64,000 bases of DNA from Chrysomallon squamiferum. Taxonomy: Eukaryota; Animalia; Mollusca. Shown piece by piece: positions 1-13,491 of the stretch; within the stretch, counting starts at the first letter, position 1; the number at the start of each line of letters is the position of its first letter. A program made the position numbers and the translations under genes. Where the stretch lies: contig CM022665.1 in assembly GCA_012295275.1 (NCBI GenBank), positions 15,376,001 to 15,440,000 on the forward strand, given 5' to 3'. The notes under the pieces are model-generated. The model saw only the letters and a list, made by a program, of their open reading frames with translations, had not been told where the DNA came from and searched no databases.

Positions 1-37
1 ATGCATATTTATAACTTTTTATTTTTTTTATTTCCAG

Positions 38-223
38 TATTTGGAAGCTGCTGAGAACTTCAGTGCCAAGGACGAAATATGTAATAATGTTATAGACTTT
101 GTGAAGAACCAGAAAGATATATGTGAGAAAAAACGTTCACACCAGTTGCTAGAGGTTGTACTGTACAAAACAGCTCTAAACTCACAGACTGGCAGACACA
201 AGAGATCCATTGCTTACCTCCAA
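38..223 (+). CDS. ZFC3H1: ZFC3H1 internal coding exon (first in window; gene continues upstream)
   Basis: tttccAG acceptor (31-37), caa|GTGAGT donor, 186 nt. YLEAAENFSAKDEICNNVIDFV...SHQLLEVVLYKTALNSQTGRHKRSIAYLQ matches recalled vertebrate ZFC3H1 KDYVCERMLEFL...SFQLLEALLFRVQLHIFTGR. Confidence 0.92.
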
Positions 224-1629
224 GTGAGTAAACATGAGATTGTTTTCTTATTTAATCCCTTGTCAGCTACTGTGCTAGCTGTTATTTTTCACAGATTTGT
301 AATCAGTGTATAATGTGAAATGTTGTCAAGAATCAATTGAGCTTTTAGTGAGAAAAAAAAAAATTCTATTGAGGCTTGTCAAATTTTATTTATTGTTGTA
401 TCAGAATTCATAAATGTTTTAATCAAAGTGACAGTGACATGGTCTAATAAATGAAAATATGTAATATAATATTTTTTATTTTTGTCAAATAATAGACAAA
501 GCTGGAGAATATACTTAAGGAACATTTAAAAAAAAAAAATAATAGCAATACTATTTTTTGTGTGTGTGTGTGTGTGTGTGATATTTGTATTTTTTGCTAC
601 TGGCTGTTTTATATATCTGTTTAGTTTTTGGAAACTATAATAAAAAGTATGGCAAAGCTTTTTTGGTGGCTTGGATATTACAATTTACATTTCTTTTTTT
701 CATACTTTCTAGCCATTGATAGACATGTAGACAAAGTTTGTTATATTAATTATCCTCTATTAATACTAGGAAAGTTTGGTTGTCACTAAAATAATAAATT
801 GCTGACAGTAACAATGTATTTGGACTATTTTTCATGTAGACATTTTAATTATTTTTAAATTATTTTATTTTATTTTAATGGTCTTTTAAAATCAACAATA
901 GAATAATGTGGAGTACAGTTGAAATCATTTTGAGCATTAATTAAAAATAATGCATTTATGAGCTTTTATACTTTAAGATGTCTCTTGTTTTGTTTTCATT
1001 ATTTATTGGTCTGACTTTTTTAACTTAATAATAAGTTATCATTTCATTTCACTGTTTATTTATTAATGAATCATTTTTAAGTAACAATTTTAATGTCACT
1101 GCCCAGTTTTCACAGAAAACATTTCACCTCAGTGGTCATGGTCTTGGCATGCACTAATAAAACAACTGGTCTTTCAATGTGTTATTTTCATTACTAACTT
1201 TTCTTTCTCAATCTTGATGTCTCCTGATAAAGATCACTGCATTCCTCCACATGTCAAAGCACCTGTTCCTTCCCCTGTTGACCTTGGAAGCACAAGGCAT
1301 TCAAAACTAACAGACAGAAATTCTTTTCTCACTCTCACGAGATTGCCTTTTATAATTTAATTGTAAAAGAATCTGTCTCAAATTAAACAGGATGATAATA
1401 AAAATAGTGGCTTGTACCAAGATAGGCTTGTATTTTTTTTTTTTTTTTTTTTTTTTGTCAGTTTATTTTGTTTGTAATGTTTTAGTGGTTTTGGATCTGA
1501 AAATATGATTAAGTAATTTTATGAATATTTGTTTAATAACGAACGATCATTAGCTAGTTCTGGTATTAAATATTAGATACAGAATTTTAAAATACAAAGG
1601 GATAATCAGGTGATTCTGCAATAATAATA

Positions 1630-1715
1630 GATACAGTAAGGAATCTTTTATATGCATTTATTCATAGATAAAAGACCATGAACATCATGGCTTTTCAGCA
1701 CTGACTGGAGGATGT
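1630..1715 (-). mobile_element. Fragment of tRNA-derived SINE (central domain), intron 1
   Basis: aaggaatcttttatatgca...cagcactgactgga is the reverse complement of the ttccagtcagtgc...tgcatataaaagatc core seen at 42989-43084 and 57781-57880. Confidence 0.55.
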
Positions 1716-4700
1716 AACACCAGTAAAAAGCATTAATATGACAACTCTTTACTTTTTAGATCACAAAGCTTTTCAACATAGGTTTTAAAAAAATCAGAAG
1801 TTGCCAAATGCCTTTCATAGTTTTAAGGACCTAAACATCTTGATATTCTTTTAATGTTCTGTATTAATCTGTCACAGATTACAAAAATTACTGTGACTGA
1901 TATGTTTTTAATGTTCTGCTTGCTGCACTTTTTTTTATTATTATTATTATATATTTTTTTTTCATTCCTTTAACAGTTATAAGAACTCAAATGGCACAAA
2001 CTTCTTTTAATGTTTTATCTCAGATGCATATCTATGTTTTTATTTCCTCCACTGCTTTATGAACAGAGAAGGGGTGATGTGCTTTTAATGTTTATCCCTT
2101 CCGTACCTTTAAGAATACCAAAGGTGTGATATGCTTTTAATGTTCTGTATGGTATAGGTTTGGTTTCCTGTTTCTAAATCATACTGGTCCATTCCTTCTG
2201 GCCGTGTTGCTAGTTTGAGATGAAGTTTCTTTGTTGATAGACATCAGAGCAATATTTCCTCACAGTGGACTCCCACTGATTCCTAGAAGCTCTTTTTTCC
2301 ATTGATACAGCAAGATATAATCTGGGCAGGCAGCCACGAGTAATAAATAAAATTATTATTAACACCCTGTCCTCTTTGCAGCATGTTAGAGGCTTTCAGT
2401 GCCAATTTATTTTATACATGTTTTATGTCTTTATTGTTGTAAATGTGACAGAAAATGTTACTTTTTCTTAATAATAACTGAATTTTTTATGTTAAAAAGA
2501 AATTTCATCAGTTTATTATAACACACTGTTTGTCACAGACTATTTTAAATTTATTTATCTCATATCTCAGGAGGCAATCTATCAGATCATCCTGACCAGT
2601 TTTGTTTCATTTTTGAAAAACATCAAATTATGTTATCATTAATTAAAAAAAATAATAATAATTAAAAAAATGCTTATCAATTATTTTTCTAATTTGTACG
2701 TAATGACATGCAAATCTATATACACACATTTCACATAAATGTAGCTCACTATTTCTTCATGGTTCATGAAATAAATTGAAAGAAATATATGTGTGTGTGT
2801 GTATATGTATTCTAAATAAAAAAAATGTATATGTATATATGCATACAAATACTTATTTACTGTACTTAAGGAACCCATCCCAGTGTTGGAATCTGGCCAC
2901 AGATTTCATGGAGTGGCTTGTTTTATCCATTTCAATTGTTGATACAGTGTGTGTGATATTTCCTGATACCATACCCCCAGATCCTGCCATGTGGAAGGTT
3001 ACATACTTGTTTCCACATTTTTTATTGTCTGTACCTGTGGGTGATTTCTCCTGACATCCTTTGTTTTGCTGCTCCCAGGGGTAATGTCTTCATGTGGCAA
3101 CCAGTTCTGTCATTATTTGTATATCTGTGCTGTTTTCATAAATAATTAAACCAAGAAGCAACAAACAGAAAATGTAATATATCCATTCCATCTCCAGTGT
3201 GTGTCTGGGAACTTGCTGAATTTCTAACTGAGCCTGTGTTGAATACCTCTTTCCATATCTGTCTATCTCTATCTCTGTTTATGTCTCTATCTATCTAGTG
3301 ATCTGTCTATCTGTCCATCTATCTATATCTGTCTATCTATCTATCTATCCATCCATCCATCCATCCATCCATCCATCCATCCAACCATCCATCTATACAT
3401 GTTTACCAGTAATGCCTATATATTTGGTACATAAGAAAGTTTGTGTTAAGTATACCAAAATACAGTTTATGTTCATAACAATACTATATAGATTATTTAT
3501 ATAGTGCATGCCTGTGAATCATGATACAGCTGGGCATATATAAGTTATAACACACCCAAACACCCACACAAATACTGTTTATATTATCTTTAAAAATTTC
3601 TTATGTTCAAGGGGTTTTTTGGTTGTTAACTGATGTTTATAATTTAAAAAAATTACAGATTAATTTTTGTTCTGACATTCTGCCATTTACTTTTTTTTTT
3701 TTCATTTTAACTTGGAAAATGGAATATGATTTCTATCTGTCTATCTCTATGTGTGTGTATGTCTGTGTGTATGTTTGAGTTCATATGTACACAACATTAT
3801 GTGCATGTGTGTGTGTGAGACTAATTATGTGTATATGTTTAGTGAAATATTTGATAAAACATAGAATTATTAAAAAGATATTATTAAGAATATATATTAT
3901 CCATTGTTACTTTTATTTGTAATTAGTTCTAACCTTCATTGGACATGTGTATCTGATTTGGTTTCAGTAAATCATTTAGCACACTTTGCTTTCTCATGTT
4001 CATTCATTTTTAATGAGATGCATATGAATATCTGAAAAAGAATAAACTTTAAATTGCTTTTAAACCCATTTCTCTAAACACTGGGATTATTAATACTACA
4101 CTTCATGGTAGACTTTTAATATCAGTCAGAAACTGTGCAGATAATTTTTGGTCATCCTGTACATATTCAAACATATTTATTCCCTCAGTAATTTCCATTA
4201 CATGTGTGCTGTTGTTGTTTTCTGCTATTATCAGCTTTTGTTTATTTTCAGAGTGGAAAAACAGTGCCTGAATGTATTGCTTTTGAAAACACACATTGGA
4301 TTTGTGTTTGTTTTTATACACATGTTTGTACAGTAGACCTGCTCTTGACAGCTCTGTTTTACAGGTGTTATATCACCTGTGCCATTGTAATTTAGACAGA
4401 AATAACTCTTTGTTTATACTGCCTGCATTTACATATCTCAGTATATTCATAAATATGTTAGTCATTTTTTTTACATTACTTTTTTTTCTTCTTTTTTTTT
4501 TTTTTTTTTTTCTTTTTTTATTTCTTTTTTTTCTAGGTATAATGTAACACACTATGCAGAGTTTAAATTACGTGTGCTTTTACCATCATGATTTAGAAAA
4601 TGAATGATCTCCCACATTTAAACATCCTTAAAGGTTTAGACATCTTATACATATATGATACATGCATATATACATCTTTCTATTTTGTAGTAATAATAAA

Positions 4701-5596
4701 TAAATAAATAAATAAAACCACTGTATTAATATTACCTCTTGCTTTACTCATCTGACAGAAACCCTTATTTTTCATTACATAGTCTATAATGACATCTATT
4801 ATTTTACTTTATTAATCATTCCCAAAATGCATCTAAACTAAAGTCTTTTCTTTTTCCACACAAATTACAAATAGAAAAAAAATAGAAAATCTTCAAGTCT
4901 TGTTTGAGTAACAGCAACCACTTTATATTGTACCTGATTTTAAAACTAATGTGAAGTGGCAGGACTAAGGGGGGCCTGTCAGTTGAATAGAGTACAATAA
5001 GTTAATGGATAATTTAACTAATTAAGTGAAGCTGTGTGTAATATGCCGGTTTATTGATGAAAGTATTTAAGGCTTAACTTTGCCAAAATTGTTTAAGAGA
5101 TTTTCATTGAAAAATGGATTTGGGGGTACATTTAAGTAGTTTTGAGGTTAGGGGGAATGATTTTTATTCTTTTATTTTTTATTTTTTTCCTTCTGACTGA
5201 TTTTTCATTAGAATATTTAAAATGTTGTGGGTGTGTGTGTCAGTGTCAGTGTCAGTGAATGAGTTGTTTCATGACCAACTATTTGATATACATAATTATA
5301 AAATTACGATAAACAAAACCCAAGACTCTTCCAAAAATAACCCTACAAAACAAAAATTTTTAAAATGAAAATGTAGAAAAAAGAAATGTTACTCCAATAT
5401 TATAATAAACAGATTGAAGTCTGTTTCTGCATTACTGTTTTATTATAAAAAAATACAGTTATTATTTATTTATTTGTATTAATATTTTATGGTATGTGCT
5501 GGACTTCTTGCAATTAGAACATAATGTCTAAAATTAATTTCCTTTCATTTAGTCTCTGAAATCATCTATAATTATCAATATTTGTCATATTTACAG

Positions 5597-5776
5597 TCAA
5601 TACTGAAAGGAAAAACTTCTTCAGGTGAAACAAAAATGAGTCAACTGCTGAAAATATTTGAGCCAATTGACAGAAGTTTGTTGTGGTTGTCCTACATTAA
5701 TCTGCTGGAATTTCATCAGCTTCCAGGTCAGCTCTATGATCCAGCCAATCAGAATCCAGGAAAGATAATGTCAAAG
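5597..5776 (+). CDS. ZFC3H1: ZFC3H1 coding exon 2 in window
   Basis: ttacAG acceptor, aag|GT donor, 180 nt, phase 0/0. DRSLLWLSYINLLEFHQLPGQLYDPANQNPGKI matches ZFC3H1 DRCLAWLAYIHLIEFNILPSKFYDPSNDNPSRI. Confidence 0.95.
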
Positions 5777-6634
5777 GTATTTTCATTGGTTAATTTTTTT
5801 TTTTTTTTTTTTTTGCTGTTTTAATCTTTTTAGTTTTGTTGGAACACTTTTGATCTGTCAGTTACTATGCAGATTGGTTCTTGTTAATACTTGGCAAAAG
5901 AACCAGATATACAGCTGAATTTAATAAATCTTATGAGAAAAAGAAAACAGAAGGAAGAAAGCTATATCTTCTTTCTTTTTTCTATTTTAAAGAAAAACAA
6001 AACATTTTAATTGTTTAATCTTGATGGTATATTGATTTAATGTAGTCTAGATCCAGTTTTGTTTTCAAATATTTTAAGATATTATCATTATGAATAAAAA
6101 CTTCAACATTTATATAATTGTGAAACAACGGGGAAATGATAAAGTAATGGACAAACAAAATAGATGATGATGTTAATGATAATATATGTGCATCTTTGTG
6201 ATCATAAATACTGTTTGTGCAGTTGAAATAATGATACTTTTATATTTATTATTTTATTTATTACTTGGTAACATATTTTTTTCTAAATTTCAGTAATTTC
6301 TCTCATTTCTTGTTTTTATGTATAAGTTTTTATGCTATACTGTTTTCTAAAGCATCTGTATTTATTAACTATATTTTGCTACTGAAGTACAGAGGTTAGA
6401 TATTGATAACCAGTTTTAAAACCATAAGTTATGACCTGTACTGCAACAGCCATATAAAAAATTTAAATTAAGAAACACTGTTAAATTTATAATAAAAATA
6501 ATAATAATAATAATAATTATTATTATTATTATTAATTTTTTTTTTATTACTGTTTATTTATTATTATTTATTACTAAATTATTATTATTATTATTTTTGT
6601 TTGTTTGTTTGTTTATTATTTATTTATTTTGCAG

Positions 6635-6816
6635 AGAAAACTTTTATTGCCATGGGATTCAAAAACGACTATGAACACCCGAGTGGACACACTTGTTGAG
6701 TATCTGTGGGCAGCAGTGGATGTTTGCTGTGGGGAAGTGGGAGCTGATGATCCAGTATATCCAGGATGTATTTGTTTATATGAGAATTTAGTTCATCTAC
6801 TCAAGTCCCAGTCTAG
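6635..6816 (+). CDS. ZFC3H1: ZFC3H1 coding exon 3 in window
   Basis: tttgcAG acceptor, tag|GTAAGC donor, 182 nt, phase 0/2. RKLLLPWDSK...CICLYENLVHLLKSQS resembles FVMPW...CLPLYTNMIALH. Confidence 0.92.
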
Positions 6817-9800
6817 GTAAGCAGCTGAAATGAAATTTTATTTGATAATGATTTTGAGAGCTCACTTATAAAGCTAAGACATTTAGTCATACTGTAACAA
6901 TTTCCAGTTCTGACTAATAACAGACCAAATTTTTGCTCTCCTGTCTGTGAGAAGTTGCATTCTGAAAATCCGTTGCTGCTAATTTTGCACTGTTTCTTAG
7001 AATGATGTCTGTAGAAAGTATGAAGTTCAAATAACAGGCACACTAATATTTGGTATGAAAGTAGACTGAAGCAGTGGGTGAAATGGGAAATGATCCAAAA
7101 TGACTCCATTGAGGAAGATAATCTTAGTTTTATTTTTAAGCAGTAATGATATAGCAAACTGATTCCAATGCTGAAAGTTTATTTACATTGCCATTGATAT
7201 AGAAATACCTTTTATCATTAATATATTTATGCCTCTTTAAATAACTATGGTATCTTATTATTATTGTTATTTTTGTGCTTGTAAATTAAACACAGCAAAC
7301 AAATCATTATTTTTTTTTTTTACCTTCTCATATACGTACATGTATGTATGTATGTATGTATGTATGCATATATGCATATGTGTACATACACACACACACA
7401 CACACACACACAGATATATGTATATACCTAACACTGTGAAGTTAGAGTTAAAACAATTTTTTAAAGATTATTTTAAGATATATTTACTTCAGTTTAAAGA
7501 GTCCTGTGAAAAAGAAATAATAATAAATAAATAAATAAATAAATAAATAACGAAGAAGATGAAGGAAAAAAAATAAAATAAAATACATCCAAGAAGATTT
7601 AAAATCTAAAATTTCCTATTGATCTCTCATTGTGTGGCATTTTCAGCACTTTGTACTTCCACAGCAAATATTTACTTTTTGATACTCTATCATCACTGTG
7701 ACTATTGCAGTATTAGAATAATGTTTTTACCCAACACAAATGCTGTGTTTTCTCATCTCAAGTTGGTATTTCTTTTGCAAGCAGAACCAGTCTTTGTTCC
7801 CACTTAAAACCATTTGCTCAGATTGCCTGTAAATGATCATCAAAACAAGAGGCAATCATCTGTGCAGTGTTGCAAAGATTAACAACCATTTTCCAAAGCA
7901 CACACTTGTTTTGTCTGGAAATAAGGTGGAGGATGGATATTTTTTAAACTGCAGAGATATTTTTAACTGCCGGGGCACCTGGTCAGTCAGTCAGGACTGT
8001 ATTTAAAGAAAGCTGACAGTATTTAGAGAGAGTATATTTGATGCTATTAGTGGTTTTTTTCTTCTTGTTATTTTTTTTTTTTTTCGCTATGTTTGTTTTT
8101 TTGGTATGGTTTTTTTTTCACTAAAATTTGTTTAAAAGATTCTTTCACTTTTCTCATTTGTTTGACAACTTGTGCAAGATGTTGTGGAGATTAATTGATT
8201 GCAGACTACACATGTGATTTAACTTTTTTCCAGTGAAGGATGATTTAATGATTTTTCTGGCTTTATTTTTTTAAAACATGTGTTTGTCATGTGTTAATTA
8301 GAGGATCAGTTAAAAAAAAAAAAAAATGTTTTTTTTTTTTTTTTTTATTATTATTATTATTATTTTTTTTTTTTTTGGTTATTATTGAAGGCTAATCAGT
8401 GATTTTAATTAATTTGGAATGTTTATGATGTTGTTCCAGGGATTGGCTCAAACTTTAAGTAATGTGCTGTTGTTGCATAAATTTCAGCATGATTTACACA
8501 TGGATCTTGGAGTCATAATTGTTTTATGAACTGGGACTCTCATCTGTGTAATAATTGTTTTTAACTATCTTATTATGATTTCTTGAGGCTTAATCAATGA
8601 GATCAATTAATGAGTTAAAATCTGGGGTTTTGGGGTTTGTGTTGTTGCTTATTTTTGCATCAAGGCTTAATTAATAATGCTGATTAATTTATTTTTCCTT
8701 TAATAAGCAAAACTTTTTATTTGAGTTAATTTGTACATTTGGTAAGTTCATGCCAGTTCATTCAGATTTTCTAATTCACCTGTTGGCCAGGTGAAGATGT
8801 TATGTCTGTTTTTCTTTACCTGAAGCATGAATTTGAAACTGTGTTACAGTAATTACCTACATTGGTTTTCTTTGATATTGCTTTTAACTCTGTACCTTCA
8901 GACATTCTAAGAAGACAGTTGTTTAATGTTAGAGCAGTTACTGAAGGAGCAACTGGGTATAGGTTCAGACTCCATCAGTATATCAACTTGGTTATTTCTC
9001 CTGTTCCATGCTTCTGTATAACTGAATTATATGTTTTTAGTGAGAAGCTGGAATGAAAATGTTTGTTTTTGTTAATTCTTCAACTGGATATTAACTTTTT
9101 TCCACTTCAAATTAATAATAATATTTTTTTTTTTTTAATTTTCTTTTTTTTTTTAATCTTTTTTTTAATCTTTTTTTTTTCTGCAATTTGAATTAGACAT
9201 TTAAAAAAAAATAAAATAATAATAATAATAAAAATGTGTTATTATTAAATAAGAATTGTGCAATTACATTTACTATTTAGCAGTCATTTCTTATGATACA
9301 AAATATTAGACTAAGTTTCTGTTATTTGAACCTCACATGTGTATTTTCACAATGTTTCATTAACTTCATAAAACACAGGTGATATTAAATGAAAAATTAA
9401 TGCAGAATTAAATACAGGCCGAACCAAAAAAAATTAAGATAATAATAACAATTTAAGGGGGAAAGATAATAATAACAATTTTTCATGGAAATTGTATCTG
9501 TACAGAAAGAGCATTCTGCATAAAACATTATTAGTCAGTATATTGACTGTCAGTTGTTCTTGCAGCAAAGACGACAAAAATTAGAAAATTGAATGATAGT
9601 ATTTGGTGAGATATCGAAATATTATTCACTCATCATTGTACCACTTAGCAATAGAATAGTATATTATTTACCTCAGCTTTCTCAAGGCAACAACTGGTTA
9701 TAGTGAAAAACAATTACAACACATTTTTCAAGATAAATATTGCTAATGTAGTAATTGATTTGTTTTTTATTTTTCAAAGCTGCAGTATTATATTAAAGAA

Positions 9801-10507
9801 ATGTTTTTCTTTCTTTCTTTCTTTGTTTTTTTTTGTAAATCCAATGCATTAAAATTTAAAACTATATAATTTATAGATAAGAAGAAAAAAAAGAAGATAT
9901 TTTTGTAATTGCACTTATTCAATTCCTGAAAGGTTAATATAAAAAAAAAAAAAAAAAAAAATAATTATAAAGAAAAAAAAAATTGGTGCATGAACCATGT
10001 ATTAAAGGGTAAAAACTTTTAAATGTATGACATTCATACCCATGAGAATAACTTTGTTTGAATTTTTATGTGATTAAAAAATATCTCTAATGGAGGTTGG
10101 ATGATTGATACTGGAATGTATGCAGGAGCAAATCTGTAGGTGTTTTTAGAGGGGTGTGAACTGGCACATCTGTTACAGTAAAAATGATTTCTTTTGTACA
10201 AACTAGAGTCAAGATTTCATGGCATAAAGTCTCTGTCATATTGAAATACTAATGTGTAGTGTTATAAACATTACTTTACACTACTAAACTAGCCTTGTTT
10301 TATACTAAAATGAAATCTTCATGTTAGAATAAATGGTTGGTATATTACCTCTAGAACGGACATGCCTAACACACAAATATATTTTATTATGAGTATATTC
10401 AATATATGTTTAGGAAACATTTATTTTACAGGATTTTGGTGTATAATTTTAACTTCAGTTTTAATTTTAATTTAAAAAAAAATATATATATTGTAATTGT
10501 TTTCCAG

Positions 10508-10628
10508 ATGGGAGGAGGCTTATGATGCCTGTCGAAGAATTCTGAAGCTGTCCCCCAGTGCTGTTGATATGTGGCTTACTACTGCTAATCTGTATGCATC
10601 TTGTGGTGATGTGGAGGGTGCTAGACAT
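10508..10628 (+). CDS. ZFC3H1: ZFC3H1 coding exon 4 in window (HAT/TPR-like repeat)
   Basis: tttccAG acceptor, cat|GTATGT donor, 121 nt, phase 2/0. Encodes WEEAYDACRRILKLSPSAVDMWLTTANLYASCGDVEGARH. Confidence 0.92.
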
Positions 10629-11901
10629 GTATGTTTACTTTTTATTTATTTTTATTTTTTGGGTTTTTTATATTTTGTGAAATATTTATATATTTTTATT
10701 ACTATTGTTATTTTTATTATTATCGTTATTGTTACTGTATTTATTACTATTATTGTTCTTGTTCTTGTTCTTGTAGTTATTTGTTTTGTGGGGCGGGTTA
10801 GTACATAATGTGAAATTTGTGAATGTGGGGTATAGAGGCCCACTTTGGCACACTAAAAACGTGTATAGGAGTGTCATAGATGGGGTTTTTTGTTGTCGTT
10901 TTGTTATAACCACCTTTTCATTTCTTTAATTTAAAAGCTGTAAATTTTACGATAACCGGTATAAAAATTAGGTTATCAGACCTGACACTTGTTAAAACTT
11001 TACAAGCTTGTACAATCACATAATTTTAATTTTTTAAGAAAAATGGATGAGAAAGGGTGTGAAAGAACAAGATAATTTTAATTAGGGTGTTTCCGGTCTT
11101 GCATAAATAAAGTTTTTATTATGTTAAGATGGTGATTTTTTTTTTTTCCCCCTCTTATTTTAAATAACTTTTTTGAAAATTGACAATTCCCGCAGAGCTG
11201 CAGGAATGATTAGAAACCAAAATTATGGTGATCTGCCAACCCAGAAAAGAATTTCTTATCTCACAGGTCACAGTCCAGTTGTAAATCAGCATTTTTTTCT
11301 CTCTCAGTTTACCACTTGTATATGGGTGATGTGTTTATTATTAACAGCCCAGTTTGGGAGGACCTGGCAAGAAATTGATGTTGCCCTTAGGTTTTGGTAA
11401 TATTTGAACCATGTTACATAAACAGTGTGGAGGTACACTTGTATGTATTTTATCAGTAGAGGTTTATGTGTTTGTAGCTTTTCACTCTGGCTAAACAGAC
11501 GGATGAATGTGAAAGTGATGTGCCCGTGTTCCCTGTGGCCAGTTATATATGATGAGCAGGCTCCTTCATTAGATGATAATTATATAATGATTGTTTTTTG
11601 TTTTTTTTTAAATTTTACATTTATTATTATTATTTATTTATTTATTTATTTTTCATTTTTTTTTAAATTTTACTTTTAATTATGATTTTGCTGTAATTTA
11701 TGGGCTTTTTTTTTGTTTTGATTATTATTATTATTATTATTATATAATTACAGTTGTTGTTAATGTTAAGAAATAATCTTAAAAAGATCCACCCAGTTCT
11801 CGAATAATATATAACAAATTATGATACATGATTTAATTTTTTTTAAATGTTTTTAATTTTATAAACAAGAATATCAAACTAGTGATCAATTCTGTTTTCA
11901 G

Positions 11902-11979
11902 GTTTTCAGTGAAGCAGTAATGGCTAACCCTTTCTCTGCAAAACTGAATTTTTTCCAGTCATTATTTGAGATGAAACAG
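11902..11979 (+). CDS. ZFC3H1: ZFC3H1 coding exon 5 in window
   Basis: ttttcAG acceptor, cag|GTAG donor, 78 nt, phase 0/0. VFSEAVMANPFSAKLNFFQSLFEMKQ aligns with VWLTAFEKNPQNAEVFY. Absent from the ORF track. Confidence 0.88.
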
Positions 11980-12209
11980 GTAGATTGTGAAAATTATTTA
12001 CACCAGTATTTTTCTTAGAGTATATATATCTGCTTTAATAATTTTTATCATCATTACCATTAGTATTATTCTCAACAGCAACATCATGATTATTATTCCT
12101 AGGATGGTTTATCATTAAAAAAGACCATTTTGCTAGTGACAATCTTAGTAAATGTTTTCACACACAATGATGCTTATTCTAAATTCAGTCAGCTACTGCA
12201 AATGTTGCT

Positions 12210-12400
12210 CTGAAGGTTCAAGCACATGTTTCCTGATTACTTAATCCAAGACTGTGAATGATCTGCCCTAGACAATATTAGTGTATTTTGGGATTAGGTA
12301 AGGAAAAGTGGATTTAATAATATTACACATTCTGGATTAGCTGGTACCAAGTTCCGGTCCATATAACTGCCAGTCCTAAAGTAGGCTTACCCACTGTTCT
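12210..12400 (-). mobile_element. Possible decayed copy of a second SINE family in intron 5
   Basis: aaggttcaagcac and ggtaccaagttcc...taggcttacccactg resemble the tail and head of a gastropod SINE recalled from memory. No second copy in the window to confirm. Confidence 0.25.
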
Positions 12401-12542
12401 CTCATTGCTGATGGTAAGCCAATTAGTATATGCATCATATCATCTTCTGAGGGCAAGGTGGTCTTTTAAATCTGAAGTGGGTCTGAATTATGTTGATTTA
12501 AACACATTTTTTTGGTTATATTTTTTCTTACCAAAACAGCAG

Positions 12543-12646
12543 GGTGGTGTAGACAGAGCTTTAGAGATTCTAGAGCAGTTTGTCATCAGCCATTTTGAAA
12601 TGGATGAATATGATCTAAGGTCATGTGACCCGAACATTCTGTACAG
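12543..12646 (+). CDS. ZFC3H1: ZFC3H1 coding exon 6 in window (alternative start 12540, NAGNAG)
   Basis: aaaCAGCAG acceptor, cag|GTAAGT donor, phase 0/2. Encodes GGVDRALEILEQFVISHFEMDEYDLRSCDPNILY. Confidence 0.9.
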
Positions 12647-13264
12647 GTAAGTTATGGTGATCTGTGATTTAGCAAGATGCTTAGTGACAACATTTCATAC
12701 AAGAGTATCATTGTGTGGTACAATTAGTCTTTGTTAATCCCTCCTGTGAAAGTTTTTATAATGGCTTAACTGATTAACCTCAAGTGTGTGACAGTTAAAG
12801 GGTGTTATTAGCTTGTAAGATAATACTTAGAGTGTTATGTATGAGCCTGTCTCTTTTATGTCTGTATTTGTGTGTGGTATGTGGAGTATGTGTGTGTTTG
12901 GTATGTGGTATGTGGCATGTGTTTGTGTTCATTTTAGTTTGTGTGTGTGTGTACAAACACATATTTACATGTATATGAGTGCTTGTACACGAATAGGTGT
13001 ATTATGTATATTTGTGTGTAAATGAAAAAGAACATATACATAGGTAAGCAAATATTATACTTTGTATTTTATATTTTATTGCAGTCCTTATTTATAAATG
13101 CTTTTGTTTAAAATTAGTGAATTTCTAATACTAATTTAAAAAAATATATAAAAAAACAATAAAAAACATTCCTGTAGTTTTAATGATTTCTAAATTATTA
13201 TTATTATTATTACTATTAATATTATTATTATTATTTGAAGTAGGTAAATTACATGTTTTTGCAG

Positions 13265-13372
13265 CATTGTCTTGGGTCAGTCACCACTCACCTCAAAAAC
13301 ATTAAAATTGAAGAACGTTGTTACCCAGAATTTAGTACAGGACCAGAAGGTTTACCACTGGATGTCATTATG
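13265..13372 (+). CDS. ZFC3H1: ZFC3H1 coding exon 7 in window
   Basis: tttgcAG acceptor, atg|GTAAGG donor, 108 nt, phase 2/2. IVLGQSPLTSKTLKLKNVVTQNLVQDQKVYHWMSL aligns with QVPYLWLIY. Confidence 0.85.
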
Positions 13373-13453
13373 GTAAGGTTGTTTTGAATAAAATAATACA
13401 TGACATTCCAAAACATTTTTATTGAAGTTATCTGAAGAAAATTATTATTATTA

Positions 13454-13491
<38 letters not shown>

